A stretch of DNA of 64,000 nt from a virus (taxonomy: Duplodnaviria; Caudoviricetes). How positions within the stretch are numbered: position 1 is the stretch's first letter; each line of letters starts with the position of its first letter. The notes under the pieces are model-generated. The model made no database searches. It was not told the origin of the DNA and saw nothing but the letters and a program-made list of their open reading frames with translations. The stretch lies in IMG/VR virus record IMGVR_UViG_3300043077_000092; one strand, given 5' to 3'. Below are positions 20,272 through 30,053 of the stretch, piece after piece. The position numbers and the translations under genes are program-made.

Positions 20272-21096
20272 TTAATATATATCTATCTTTCCGAATCTAT
20301 TTTCCTCTCTAAATATAGAATTGAGGCAGATAATTCCATTGGTATCAAGACGAATGTCATGTTGATATCTTGACTGGAATAATGTCCATCTATCAGAGCT
20401 TGTTCTGAAATTCATTCTATGTTCCCGCTTAGAATACCATACCATATGGTTATATTCATAATTAGAGAACGCAGGAATATCCATATCTGGGTTGGTGACT
20501 TCTTTAAAAATCAGAATACGCATAGGATGAGCATCAAAACTTATATCATCTATGGTGGTATTATTCGGTATGACATTCCTCATGAACCGATACTGATAAT
20601 AGAGTAGATCTGATCCTGAGTCCTTGGATGTTTCAAGTGAATATTGTCCAAGGACATACTCAAGAATGTCAAATAACTCTGCAAGTGTCGGTGAATCAGA
20701 AATCTGGGTTAATGGGTTACACTCTGAATTTTTACTGAGAACTGGATGTGCGTTAATGAGTGAATGAATAATTGCTGAGTAGATAACGTAATATGGATTA
20801 CGTGAAGCGTATATCCAATCTTCCTCTTTAATATATCCACCCGGAAGTGAAACAGTTCCCGTCTCATCGTTTTCAAGTAACCATATTCCGTCATGAGTAG
20901 GATTGGTCAAAAGTAAATCACACTCGAAACTTACCTTCTCAGGAACCATCATCTGGAACCCTTCGGGATAAGTATGGGCTACCATTTTACCGTTTATAAA
21001 TAACTCTGGATTTAACAACGGTGTCATTACATCCGTTGCTCTTCCGGGGCTAAACTTTAGTTCAAAATCTTTTCTCTTTAAATAAATATCTCTCAT
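20272..21096 (-). CDS. Hypothetical protein, possible degenerate Nudix fold
   Basis: VSLPGGYIKEED matches the start of a Nudix box, but REUxEE is absent; late promoter at 21126-21138. Confidence 0.4.
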   Translation of the reverse strand: MRDIYLKRKDFELKFSPGRATDVMTPLLNPELFINGKMVAHTYPEGFQMMVPEKVSFECDLLLTNPTHDGIWLLENDETGTVSLPGGYIKEEDWIYASRNPYYVIYSAIIHSLINAHPVLSKNSECNPLTQISDSPTLAELFDILEYVLGQYSLETSKDSGSDLLYYQYRFMRNVIPNNTTIDDISFDAHPMRILIFKEVTNPDMDIPAFSNYEYNHMVWYSKREHRMNFRTSSDRWTLFQSRYQHDIRLDTNGIICLNSIFREENRFGKIDIY

Positions 21097-21150
21097 ATTT
21101 ATGCATTACTCTCCTTTCAAGAATTTTAGTTAATTGTCAATAGCATAGTA

Positions 21151-21187
21151 AATTGGTATAATGGTAAGAAATACCATTATACCAATT
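21151..21187. terminator. Intrinsic terminator
   Basis: 16-bp inverted repeat AATTGGTATAATGGTA/TACCATTATACCAATT. Confidence 0.7.
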
Positions 21188-21192
21188 CTTGT

Positions 21193-21888
21193 TTAAGCGA
21201 ATGATTTAAGCATCGATGGATCTACTCCATCTTCCATGTTAGTCTCTCCGTCTACATCCAAATACACAAACTGCACATAAAGGATCTTGAGTGCTTCTCT
21301 TAATTCCTCTGGGTGAGCTTTGAATCTTCTTGACTCCTGTACTTTCTCATCTAAAGCCATGAGTAATTCATCAGGAATCCAATCGTAATATCGTTTTGTA
21401 AACTCAACGAATCTACCATATACGCACCATAATGGTACGGGTAACTGGTTGTCGTGTACCAATTGATGGCACGTAACTGAGAGTGGGATTAAACCAACAA
21501 GTCCAGAGTAGTGGAGTCTCATAACTTCCTCTGCTACTTTGAGTTCGTCGATATAACCAATCTGATCTTCATGCTTACGCATTACGACATCAACGATAGA
21601 AAAAAGAGTGAATGGCGAATGATGAATTTCAATCATGCCCTTCTTTTTTCCACCTTTGAATTCATTCATGAACGTACATTCATTCATATCAACGTACTTA
21701 TGAAGATAGGTGATTAAGTCCGTATATTCAAGAGAACTTCTGCAATACGATTCGATCTGTTTTGTGAGTTTCACTCTCTGTTTGTCTGTTGTAGTAACAG
21801 GGAGTCTCGGTATAATAATTGGTTTATCAATATGAACAGTCTTAACGGACGATTGGTTTAAACTTGTTTCTTTTGGTGGAACTCTCAT
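21193..21888 (-). CDS. HNH-like protein
   Basis: IEIHHSPFTLF...LSVTCHQLVH; late promoter at 21916-21928. Confidence 0.6.
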   Translation of the reverse strand: MRVPPKETSLNQSSVKTVHIDKPIIIPRLPVTTTDKQRVKLTKQIESYCRSSLEYTDLITYLHKYVDMNECTFMNEFKGGKKKGMIEIHHSPFTLFSIVDVVMRKHEDQIGYIDELKVAEEVMRLHYSGLVGLIPLSVTCHQLVHDNQLPVPLWCVYGRFVEFTKRYYDWIPDELLMALDEKVQESRRFKAHPEELREALKILYVQFVYLDVDGETNMEDGVDPSMLKSFA

Positions 21889-21945
21889 ATTATCACCTCC
21901 ATAACGATTATTCCATTATGGAGGTGTGCCTTTTAATTCTTGATG

Positions 21946-22905
21946 TTACATTCGGATATCGTCGAGGAACTTGTCATAGTCATCATAGGTCTGTCTTAAT
22001 GAGTCCAATATAAGTTCATACCAATCATGATAGGTTTCATCATAAACTCCCATCGATTCCTCGAATCTGTCAATCGGAGAAAGCGTCCTGTAGGTTACCT
22101 TTGGCTTTGCATCCGGCTTAGTTGCCTTTGGAACACGGCTCTCAACAATAGGATTTCTCTCCTTTGTCTGTCCGTCAGATTCATACATAAGAAACTCACT
22201 GACAAACTCTGTGAACATGTGATATTCCAGATTGTCTTTGGTTCCATCTAAAACCTTTTGTAACTCTGCTAAGTCATCTTTCCATGATGCAATCTCTTCA
22301 TCAGTCCAAGTTACCGGAATCTTCAATGTATCGAAATAACCTGTCCTGAACAGTTTACGTGTTTCATATATACATGCATGGGTTAATTCATGCTTAATAA
22401 TCTTCGGATACGTATCGGGATTAATCGTAGAAGAACCTTCGGCAATCAATATGAAATGAATAGTCGCCCAATCTTTGGTTTCTTCATTTACCTCATCATT
22501 ATCAACATTATTAAAATCAACGCACCAAGAACAGCATACACCATCGACATCATAGTCATCAACCCCGATTAAGTCAACAAGCTCTTTTGGGATTGAATCA
22601 ACTGACTTGTCTGCGAAATATTCAATCAACATGTCACCACTCTCTGTCTCATAAGAATAGTGTTTAAACGTGTTCGTATCTGCTATAGCAGTTGCAAGAT
22701 ACTTCTTTAATTCAGGGCATAGTTCATATGCTTGAGATTTGGATATAATATCCTCTTTTGCTTCTGCACCACTATAAGTACGTGGACCATCTGTAGCGAT
22801 CTTCATAAAGAACTCGCTTCTTATCTGGGAGAACCTCTGCTTAATTCCTGTCCTAAGTAAAGTTCTCCAAAGTTTTGGGTAATCCAAAGTTGTCGTGATT
22901 TCCAT
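21946..22905 (-). CDS. Putative zincin metallopeptidase
   Basis: IIKHELTHA (HExxH) plus downstream TEFVSE; early motif at 22974-22981. Confidence 0.55.
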   Translation of the reverse strand: MEITTTLDYPKLWRTLLRTGIKQRFSQIRSEFFMKIATDGPRTYSGAEAKEDIISKSQAYELCPELKKYLATAIADTNTFKHYSYETESGDMLIEYFADKSVDSIPKELVDLIGVDDYDVDGVCCSWCVDFNNVDNDEVNEETKDWATIHFILIAEGSSTINPDTYPKIIKHELTHACIYETRKLFRTGYFDTLKIPVTWTDEEIASWKDDLAELQKVLDGTKDNLEYHMFTEFVSEFLMYESDGQTKERNPIVESRVPKATKPDAKPKVTYRTLSPIDRFEESMGVYDETYHDWYELILDSLRQTYDDYDKFLDDIRM

Positions 22906-22999
22906 TTCTGGTTATCCTCCTTCTAAAATTTATAAAATAAACCATGGGCAAGAATCTTCTACCCATGGTTTTATAATATCGTAAGAATTATTCTTTTAA

Positions 23000-23461
23000 C
23001 TATCCCAATATTTCAAATGAGGATAGGTTGGTGTTTTCTGAAAGTTCAGAGTCCAATACGGTAATCAAGTCCACAGAAAACAGGTTTGTGATAACAAGTG
23101 TCCTATCCGCTAAGTTCGGATCTGATTCCATTGTAGCTCTGTAAAAACAGATGTACTTTTTATTTATGTTGATATCATCATTAAGTTCGATATTGACATA
23201 GACGATACCATTTTCAACAGTAACTTCGAAGATGTGACCTGCTATAGAAATAGAATCTACTTTATGGTAGTCTGCAAGCTTTGTATCATAACGATAATCA
23301 TAGAGACTACTATGTAAGATAACAGCCCCATTACCAGTATGAATGTAATTCTCTATAGCTTCCTTTAAAGCTTCGGCAGAAGGAAGTCTAGTTATCGTAT
23401 GGTTTCTTCTGGCATCTTCTGAACCGCTGTTTTGTACTTCAATCTTGAGACGCATAATCAT
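23000..23461 (-). CDS. Hypothetical protein (paralog trio, possible prohead-protease-like fold)
   Basis: CFYRAT...ITNLFSVDLI C-terminal pattern shared with the next two genes. Confidence 0.55.
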   Translation of the reverse strand: MIMRLKIEVQNSGSEDARRNHTITRLPSAEALKEAIENYIHTGNGAVILHSSLYDYRYDTKLADYHKVDSISIAGHIFEVTVENGIVYVNIELNDDININKKYICFYRATMESDPNLADRTLVITNLFSVDLITVLDSELSENTNLSSFEILG

Positions 23462-23916
23462 TGACCCCCTTTCTTCACGTAGTCTAACGCTATAATGCGG
23501 ACAGGTATCCTCATGCTTTCCTTTGGTACATCGGTACAGATATCATCCTGAGAAGATGAATCTTTGCTCTGGTATAATGCACGAACGATAAATCTACCTC
23601 TACCACCGTTCATTTCATCAATATATTCATCGGGAATATCAATGCTTACAAAATAAGCATCATTGTCTGCATCGATGTCAGCGTCGATATAACGTACACC
23701 ACTGACGCAATTTGTTGGGTCAATAGTCATCACCCTTATTAATTTATTAGCAGGTACTTCTTCCAATGTATATTGTCTAACAAGTTCAGTCTCAAACACC
23801 TCAAACTGAGGTCCCGGATATTCTTTCATAAACCTAACATGTTTATCCAGAAGTTCTGCGAACCTTTTAGGTTCTGCAAAACTCGGTCTCCTTACTTCTA
23901 TTACATATTTCATCAA
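23458..23916 (-). CDS. Hypothetical protein (paralog trio)
   Basis: FIVRAL...VRIIALDYV. Confidence 0.55.
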   Translation of the reverse strand: MMKYVIEVRRPSFAEPKRFAELLDKHVRFMKEYPGPQFEVFETELVRQYTLEEVPANKLIRVMTIDPTNCVSGVRYIDADIDADNDAYFVSIDIPDEYIDEMNGGRGRFIVRALYQSKDSSSQDDICTDVPKESMRIPVRIIALDYVKKGGQ

Positions 23917-24488
23917 TCAACACCCCATCTTTCTACTAATAAAGTACCAGCGTCGGTATAACTATATCCACATACTTCACTACTGTCTTTATCATATTGA
24001 CAGAATATGTCCGACGTAATATCCTTATGGTCTGGTGTTATAATATACCATGGTTCCGGACGACAAACAAAATCGATAGCAGTAATCTTTTCAACAGGAA
24101 TTTTCCCAATGACTCTTCTGCTATCTACATGATAATCACTCGGCACCACTACTCTAGGCATGAATAAACCATCCTTGAGAGAATAGAATCCCTTCCAGTT
24201 ATCATAATCAACCGAAAGCTCTGCGTGTTGAACGTCATGCGAAGTACTGTAGAAATACTTTATTCTACACTTATTTTTGGTGAGAGTTTCAGGGTCAATA
24301 CCCATCCTTCTAACATGCATCTGTAGGCTCATAATCCTCACCTGTCTCTCACCTGCTGTGCGGTATTCCTCTATAATGGTTTCTTCCGATATAATCTTAT
24401 CCATAGCCGCTTTCAATTCTCTGTCAAACGATTCAGGTTCGAATATCGGATCAACGAAAACTCTAAATGTAAAACTCATTTTGCCCAT
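23913..24488 (-). CDS. Hypothetical protein (paralog trio)
   Basis: FMPRVV...EKITAIDFVCRP. Confidence 0.55.
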   Translation of the reverse strand: MGKMSFTFRVFVDPIFEPESFDRELKAAMDKIISEETIIEEYRTAGERQVRIMSLQMHVRRMGIDPETLTKNKCRIKYFYSTSHDVQHAELSVDYDNWKGFYSLKDGLFMPRVVVPSDYHVDSRRVIGKIPVEKITAIDFVCRPEPWYIITPDHKDITSDIFCQYDKDSSEVCGYSYTDAGTLLVERWGVD

Positions 24489-24512
24489 TTATCTTCTCTC
24501 CTTATAATATTT

Positions 24513-25124
24513 TTAATCTATAAACACTGCATCTGCTGGGGAAGAATCTACTCCTGCCCCCTGTATACAAGTAATATGAGATGAATTAGACCTATCTAAA
24601 TATCTCCAAAAATATACCATATCAAGTAACTCTGATACTGGGGTAGTACGAGGACCCGTCCTGAGCATTTGTTTAATACTTGTATATTTGTACGCAACAA
24701 ATAACAACGTGGATATGAGGTCTTTACTATCCGTAATAAGATATGGTACAAACGGTGATGCCTGTAACATTGTATGAGTTATAGCACTGAATATCTGAGA
24801 CGAAACTTTCATCTCTCTAATATACTCATCTGAGAATAATTCTGCATATCTCTCTTTGTATATAACATAACACCTACCATCTTTTGATGTTTTTGTAACA
24901 AGATGACATCCAAGAACGTCATGGATATCGGTTGAGTATTCTTCATTTAGAATATGAGATAACAACATGGTACTCTCACATTCTATGGTAATCATTTCGG
25001 ACATATCATCCATTTGTTTGTATTCACGGAAGTATGAAATCGCAACGTATGGGTTATCTGACCAACCCACAACGCATTTCAATACATCTTCCCAATCAGT
25101 TAGAATAACATAAAATTTTCTCAA
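24513..25124 (-). CDS. Hypothetical protein
   Basis: 203 aa; TTG start with RBS AGGAGGTGA. Confidence 0.65.
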   Translation of the reverse strand: MRKFYVILTDWEDVLKCVVGWSDNPYVAISYFREYKQMDDMSEMITIECESTMLLSHILNEEYSTDIHDVLGCHLVTKTSKDGRCYVIYKERYAELFSDEYIREMKVSSQIFSAITHTMLQASPFVPYLITDSKDLISTLLFVAYKYTSIKQMLRTGPRTTPVSELLDMVYFWRYLDRSNSSHITCIQGAGVDSSPADAVFID

Positions 25125-25142
25125 TTATTAATCTCACCTCCT

Positions 25143-25946
25143 TTATTCATTATCATCATCTCCATAACATCCACCAACGTCAGTGTAAGCCAAAGATCCC
25201 GGATAATTGTAGGCATATAAAAGATAATACCATACAAGATATGACGAATCTGTTAAATCAGCACTTGTTAATGTTTCTATTGGTGCTGGAAAATCAGCTT
25301 CTTTTGTAAAGTACATTTTTAAGTAATCTGGTAATTTTAAAAACCAGTTCTCTGGGAAATCCATAAAGTCACAACTATTTGTCAGCAAAACATACAATGG
25401 GACATAGACATTTGAGAGTTTGTATATAAGTTTATTGATGACTTTCAAATCCTCATTATCTATCAAATAGTCTTCAAATCTCTTAAGAAACTCTTTAGTA
25501 CCCATTATGAAGTCTAAGAAAACGCAATCCATTAAGTCTCCACTTTCAGAATTAGCAACGTTTGCATCCTCTTCCATTTGCCCAGTTACATAGATAACTA
25601 TACTGTCAACCGTATTAAGTTGATCCATCCATATAAACTCTAGGCTACAATTAACTTTGTGATTACACTCACGTTGCATATATTCTATATATTCATCATT
25701 TGTCAATGGGGGTGATTCCATTATGTCATATTCCATATTTTCCAAATAAATACCCCAAAACTTGATAAACTGATTGAAAATCCATCTATTGTTAGAATAC
25801 GCATATTGTAATGAGTCACATAGACTGCTATACGAATCTTCTAACCGCCCATAATCATTAATGCATAAAGTATAGAAAACATACTTTTTACTTGCATTTT
25901 CTCCAACCCAAGGGATATTACTTGTGTTCATAACTGTCACCACCAC
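25143..25946 (-). CDS. Hypothetical protein
   Basis: 267 aa ORF; start may be ATG at 25931. Confidence 0.65.
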   Translation of the reverse strand: MVVTVMNTSNIPWVGENASKKYVFYTLCINDYGRLEDSYSSLCDSLQYAYSNNRWIFNQFIKFWGIYLENMEYDIMESPPLTNDEYIEYMQRECNHKVNCSLEFIWMDQLNTVDSIVIYVTGQMEEDANVANSESGDLMDCVFLDFIMGTKEFLKRFEDYLIDNEDLKVINKLIYKLSNVYVPLYVLLTNSCDFMDFPENWFLKLPDYLKMYFTKEADFPAPIETLTSADLTDSSYLVWYYLLYAYNYPGSLAYTDVGGCYGDDDNE

Positions 25947-25974
25947 CTTCCCAGATATCCCAAAAATTAAAGCA

Positions 25975-26313
25975 TTACTCGTCTTCTTGCAAAGTATCTG
26001 CTATTGAACTAATCTGCTCAATAGATGCTCTAGCTGATACGCTAATCTTGTTATCCAGTGTCTTGATAGAGTCCTCATCGAAGTCTCTTAGAATCTTTGG
26101 AATATCCAAAAATTCCCCTATTGCCCGAGTCGTTTCTGCATGTTTCAGATCATAGATTAAATTATTGAGTGCATTCATACCTCGCTTGAAGAGAATTTTG
26201 TCCTCTTCAGACTGCGGTACTAATGCAGGTAATGCAACCATTACATCGTTTAATCTATCAACTGTAACATCCCTAAACTTCTCTACTACTTTTGCTTCAT
26301 CTTTATTAGTCAT
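25975..26313 (-). CDS. Hypothetical early protein
   Basis: Start MTNKDE after RBS AAAGGAG; early motif at 26348-26355. Confidence 0.65.
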   Translation of the reverse strand: MTNKDEAKVVEKFRDVTVDRLNDVMVALPALVPQSEEDKILFKRGMNALNNLIYDLKHAETTRAIGEFLDIPKILRDFDEDSIKTLDNKISVSARASIEQISSIADTLQEDE

Positions 26314-26385
26314 AAAAATAATCTCCTTTCTAGTCTTTCTCATAATGTAATATATATTCCAAAATATCATGGGTGGATACAAAAA

Positions 26386-26425
26386 ATAAAGAGGTAACGT
26401 ATTTTGTTATACGTTACCTCTTTAT
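26386..26425 (-). terminator. Intrinsic terminator
   Basis: ATAAAGAGGTAACGTA/TACGTTACCTCTTTAT stem followed by TTTTTGTA. Confidence 0.8.
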
Positions 26426-26429
26426 CCAA

Positions 26430-26531
26430 TCACCAGTCATCATCTATATCGCTCTCATCAAATGGTGACCCACATACGTTACAATCTGTCTCATAATCAT
26501 ATGGTTCGATAAGTTCATCCATTGTGTACAT
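26430..26531 (-). CDS. 33-aa acidic CxxC micro-protein (not in ORF track)
   Basis: MYTMDELIEPYDYETDCNVCGSPFDESDIDDDW*; RBS AGGAGGTGA; followed by a terminator. Confidence 0.55.
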   Translation of the reverse strand: MYTMDELIEPYDYETDCNVCGSPFDESDIDDDW

Positions 26532-26564
26532 TCACCTCCTCTCTTTCGTATGTAATCATACGAA

Positions 26565-26846
26565 TTAGTATGGAGGGATGTCTCCGCAAACGGAACACGA
26601 CAAGATGAATAAAGCCACCAAGACGAGCATCAGAAGATTTTGTTTCCGTCTATATATGACCAGATCATGGAAGTATTGCTTATCCGTACCTATATACTCC
26701 TCTCTCGGATAGCATAATTCCGCAAATTCCATCAGGTTCTGTTTCCGTTTCCTATGGACTCTTCTTGCGAGTTTATACACTCGCTTGTTTTTCTCCTTAC
26801 TAATGAAATAGATCATCAGTAGGGATGCTTCTGTTAATGTAAGCAT
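26565..26846 (-). CDS. Small membrane protein
   Basis: C-terminal TM helix; RBS GAGGTG; early motif at 26937-26944. Confidence 0.6.
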   Translation of the reverse strand: MLTLTEASLLMIYFISKEKNKRVYKLARRVHRKRKQNLMEFAELCYPREEYIGTDKQYFHDLVIYRRKQNLLMLVLVALFILSCSVCGDIPPY

Positions 26847-26971
26847 TTGTTCAACACCTCTTTCTTCTAGTTAGGTAATTTGAGAGGAACTATGATGTAG
26901 CTTAAGGTGTCCCTCTATCCTTTGGTTACAGAGGTTTAATATCGTTATAAAACCACTTGCATCATGATTTT

Positions 26972-28123
26972 CTAACGTCTTGCAAATATAGACTCATATG
27001 GCGATTGATTGTCATAAAGAATCTGTTGAGTCTTTGGTTTTATGATCTCAATCGGAAATTGTTTGAAGTATTTCTCATTCATCTCATTAAGGGTTGCATC
27101 GTCATACTTGTCAATTAAACAACTCTTAATCTTATGAAGCTCAACTGGTTCAATATCCTTTAGTTGATACTCCAAATTTGTACAATGATAATTCCGAACA
27201 AATATCTCTCTATAATCATTCTGAATTATAGACTCAAACATTTCAACGTCCTTTGTGTTCTCCGATATAAGACCTTTAGTGATTGCGCTGTTAATCAACT
27301 TTAGTATAGTAGCAATACCAACTCCAGTTAATTTCGGAATACTTCTATCAGAGTCGCCCATAACTGCATTGATAAACTCAATGAACCCAGTTGGTGCTGA
27401 TAATACAGAAGATACTCCGCATTTATTCTTTAATACATCGATTACATTCTTATCCGTAACAAGAATTGGTGTTTTCTTTCTAATAGATGGAGATATAATC
27501 TTAAACCCATAATTTACATAGGAGTATTCATATTGACTTGATGTAACTAAGATATTCATGGTCTTTACGCCATCTTCTGAATATACTTCTCTATCTAACA
27601 GTAAAGGTATTACAGAAGATTCAATACCAAGTGGGTTTATTAGGTATACTTCATTTACATACTGAATACAAGTCTCAATAAACTTCTGAGCCTCTTCAAG
27701 ACATTCCAACAAACTTGATATCTCCATATTCCTCTGATATCTCTCATTATGAGTTGTACGATATGTCGGGATGTATAGTCTATTCTTATAATCCTCTGGG
27801 ATGGGATAATTCCAATACAAAATTATCCTAGAGTCAATATTCTGCTTTGTTAGCCATAACCGATAATGCTGGGCTAAGTTAATGATGTTACTTACAAGGC
27901 TTAATGAGAACTTCTTCATATAGTCTCCGTGTTCATCAACACTTGCAGCCGCCTGTAAGAAATTATTTGTTCTTGGAGTCATGATAATACGAAATACATT
28001 CTCCAGATTTATATAAACGATTGCTCTCGTAATACTCTTATCTACAAAATTCCATTTATCTAATGTATCGAACTTGATTTTATGCATATTGAAAATGGGA
28101 TCTATAAAATCCATAAACGTCAC
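26972..28123 (-). CDS. 5'-3' exonuclease / RNase H (flap endonuclease family)
   Basis: H3TH motif MGDSDRSIPKLTGVGIATILKLI; some acidic active-site residues look substituted. Confidence 0.7.
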   Translation of the reverse strand: MTFMDFIDPIFNMHKIKFDTLDKWNFVDKSITRAIVYINLENVFRIIMTPRTNNFLQAAASVDEHGDYMKKFSLSLVSNIINLAQHYRLWLTKQNIDSRIILYWNYPIPEDYKNRLYIPTYRTTHNERYQRNMEISSLLECLEEAQKFIETCIQYVNEVYLINPLGIESSVIPLLLDREVYSEDGVKTMNILVTSSQYEYSYVNYGFKIISPSIRKKTPILVTDKNVIDVLKNKCGVSSVLSAPTGFIEFINAVMGDSDRSIPKLTGVGIATILKLINSAITKGLISENTKDVEMFESIIQNDYREIFVRNYHCTNLEYQLKDIEPVELHKIKSCLIDKYDDATLNEMNEKYFKQFPIEIIKPKTQQILYDNQSPYESIFARR

Positions 28124-28266
28124 CCCTTCTTTTTCTTATTCTCCCGTCTCAGTTTCTTAGATGATACAAAAAGAATATTCTTTGCCTTTATGACACTTAG
28201 TCTTTCAGGATTATCTATATTATAACGAATATCTTCCAGTATCTCATACTGCGGTAATTTTCTCAT
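28120..28266 (-). CDS. 48-aa basic small protein (not in ORF track)
   Basis: MRKLPQYEILEDIRYNIDNPERLSVIKAKNILFVSSKKLRRENKKKKG*; RBS AAGGAG; stop overlaps the next GTG start. Confidence 0.55.
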   Translation of the reverse strand: MRKLPQYEILEDIRYNIDNPERLSVIKAKNILFVSSKKLRRENKKKKG

Positions 28267-28357
28267 TCTTTACGCTCCTTTGACAAAAAAGAGACAAGGC
28301 ACGTTGACCGTACCTTGCCTCCTCTTATTATCGGTAGCGACTATTTGCTTACTAGTA

Positions 28358-29086
28358 TTAATAGCTTCTGCCGCCGCCGTTATTGTTTCCACCGCCGTTA
28401 CCGTTGTTAACTCTACGGAACAGATCCTGCTCGATGCGGGCATAGTTGATGCCTGAAGACTTGCCCTTCTTGCTTCCGTTCCCTGCGATGTATTTCATGT
28501 AGAGCATTGTATAGTTGCTGGTGTTGGCAATCGGAGTCATCTGGAGAATGATGTAATCATACTGATCGTTCGGCATAATACCGAGAATCAAGCACATCAC
28601 TGAACTGAAATCCAGCTCCAAGGATGCTACGTTTGTTCCCTGAACTGCTCTCAGGTTCATCATCGGCTTTCCGTTGTCTGCATTTACTCTGCATAATGGC
28701 TTCATAACAGATTCGAATTCCTTGGAAGTTCCAAAGATTCCTGCTCCACCACTACCAGAACCGGCAGTCTGCAACAGAGAGATTCTTCCTTCATTGGTCT
28801 TGTTGGCTCCGCCCTTACCACGATAATATACATTACCACCGGCTCCACCTACGGCGAAATAAGCTGTCACGGTTACGTCGGACACACCCGTTGAGTTACG
28901 AGCGAGCTTCGGTGTAATGATAATCTTATCCATCTCAGGAATACCATAGGTTGTTCTGAACTCGTCGAGCAGCTTCTCTGCCAAGCCCTGTGTTGTGTCA
29001 TTGAATACTTTGCCTATTTCCGGTGTTTCGATTGCCGGAGCCAATCCTGCAATTAAGTCGGCTCCATATTTGTTGTTGTTTGACAT
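28358..29086 (-). CDS. Hypothetical, probably abundant early protein with Gly/Asn-rich tail
   Basis: Start MSNNNK with RBS AGGAGG; own early motif (29159-29166) and downstream terminator. Confidence 0.7.
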   Translation of the reverse strand: MSNNNKYGADLIAGLAPAIETPEIGKVFNDTTQGLAEKLLDEFRTTYGIPEMDKIIITPKLARNSTGVSDVTVTAYFAVGGAGGNVYYRGKGGANKTNEGRISLLQTAGSGSGGAGIFGTSKEFESVMKPLCRVNADNGKPMMNLRAVQGTNVASLELDFSSVMCLILGIMPNDQYDYIILQMTPIANTSNYTMLYMKYIAGNGSKKGKSSGINYARIEQDLFRRVNNGNGGGNNNGGGRSY

Positions 29087-29225
29087 GATCATGTCCTCCT
29101 TTAAAAGATTATTGTGTTTAATACTAATTGAGATGACTAGTATTCTCAATCAGCAGTTTAATATATAAACAAAATGCAGATTGACGAACAAGAGTCTGCA
29201 TATTGTATATACAGAGAGTACCGAA

Positions 29226-30053
29226 TTATTCTACTGTATCCATAAGTTTATTTATTAACGAGTTGTAGAGATAATTCATTTGTGTAGATACCATTTCTTC
29301 CCACTCTCTATTGGGTGGGCAATATACGGGACCGATGTCCCAAACTGAGAGTAAATCTTTTTCCACATAAACCCTATTGAGCATACCACCCCACCAAAGG
29401 GTGTTATCACCTAAATCTGCCCAACTTTTGTTGCTGATTTCTATGCCGTAGTAGTTATGCCTACTACTAGCTCTAACAGACGTTCCTGATCCTGATTCAA
29501 TTGTGGATACGGACATTGCAAATATGGCATTAATTCCGTATGTCTGCTCAAGATTCATTAGTGTTTGTTCGTATCCTTCCCACCAAGTTCCCTCAGTGAG
29601 CAATTTGTAATCCTCTATATCATTTAATCCCGTGACTCTGGAAATATCGCTTGTATCGCAGACAATTGAGTTAATATAGTCAATCCTTTCTTGTCTTGCA
29701 ATCTCAAGTTGGCGAAGTCTCTCCTGCTCCTCTTCCTCTGCTATTTGTGAAGCGATTTCTTCTTCCAGAGTCAATTGTATTCGAGCCTGCTCAGCAATTT
29801 CCTGTTGTACAATAGCATCTTCTTCTACGTTAGGGATAGTAGTAGAAACAACTACTGCTGTTGATGAATTTTGGTTTGCTGAATAGGTGAGTGTTTTGTG
29901 GGTTGAATTTATTAATGGTTTAATAGACATCGTATAAGATGTCGGGTTTAATGACGATGCAAAAATAATCGACGCTAAAAGTATCAATATTGCCAAATGA
30001 TCAGTTTTGACACATGGTCGTTGTCGTTGTATTGACGCTATATAGGTTCGCAT
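29226..30053 (-). CDS. Membrane-anchored glucosaminidase (GH73-like cell wall hydrolase)
   Basis: N-terminal TM helix, coiled linker, YGINAIFAMSVSTIESGSGTS...HNYYGI...IGPVYCP. Confidence 0.8.
   Translation of the reverse strand: MRTYIASIQRQRPCVKTDHLAILILLASIIFASSLNPTSYTMSIKPLINSTHKTLTYSANQNSSTAVVVSTTIPNVEEDAIVQQEIAEQARIQLTLEEEIASQIAEEEEQERLRQLEIARQERIDYINSIVCDTSDISRVTGLNDIEDYKLLTEGTWWEGYEQTLMNLEQTYGINAIFAMSVSTIESGSGTSVRASSRHNYYGIEISNKSWADLGDNTLWWGGMLNRVYVEKDLLSVWDIGPVYCPPNREWEEMVSTQMNYLYNSLINKLMDTVE

Noticed and set aside
28358-29086. Chimallin, PhuZ tubulin or SSB assignment for the abundant-looking early protein
   Set aside because: No tubulin GGGTGSG signature in the right context, too short for chimallin, and no acidic SSB tail; cannot be supported without a structure search
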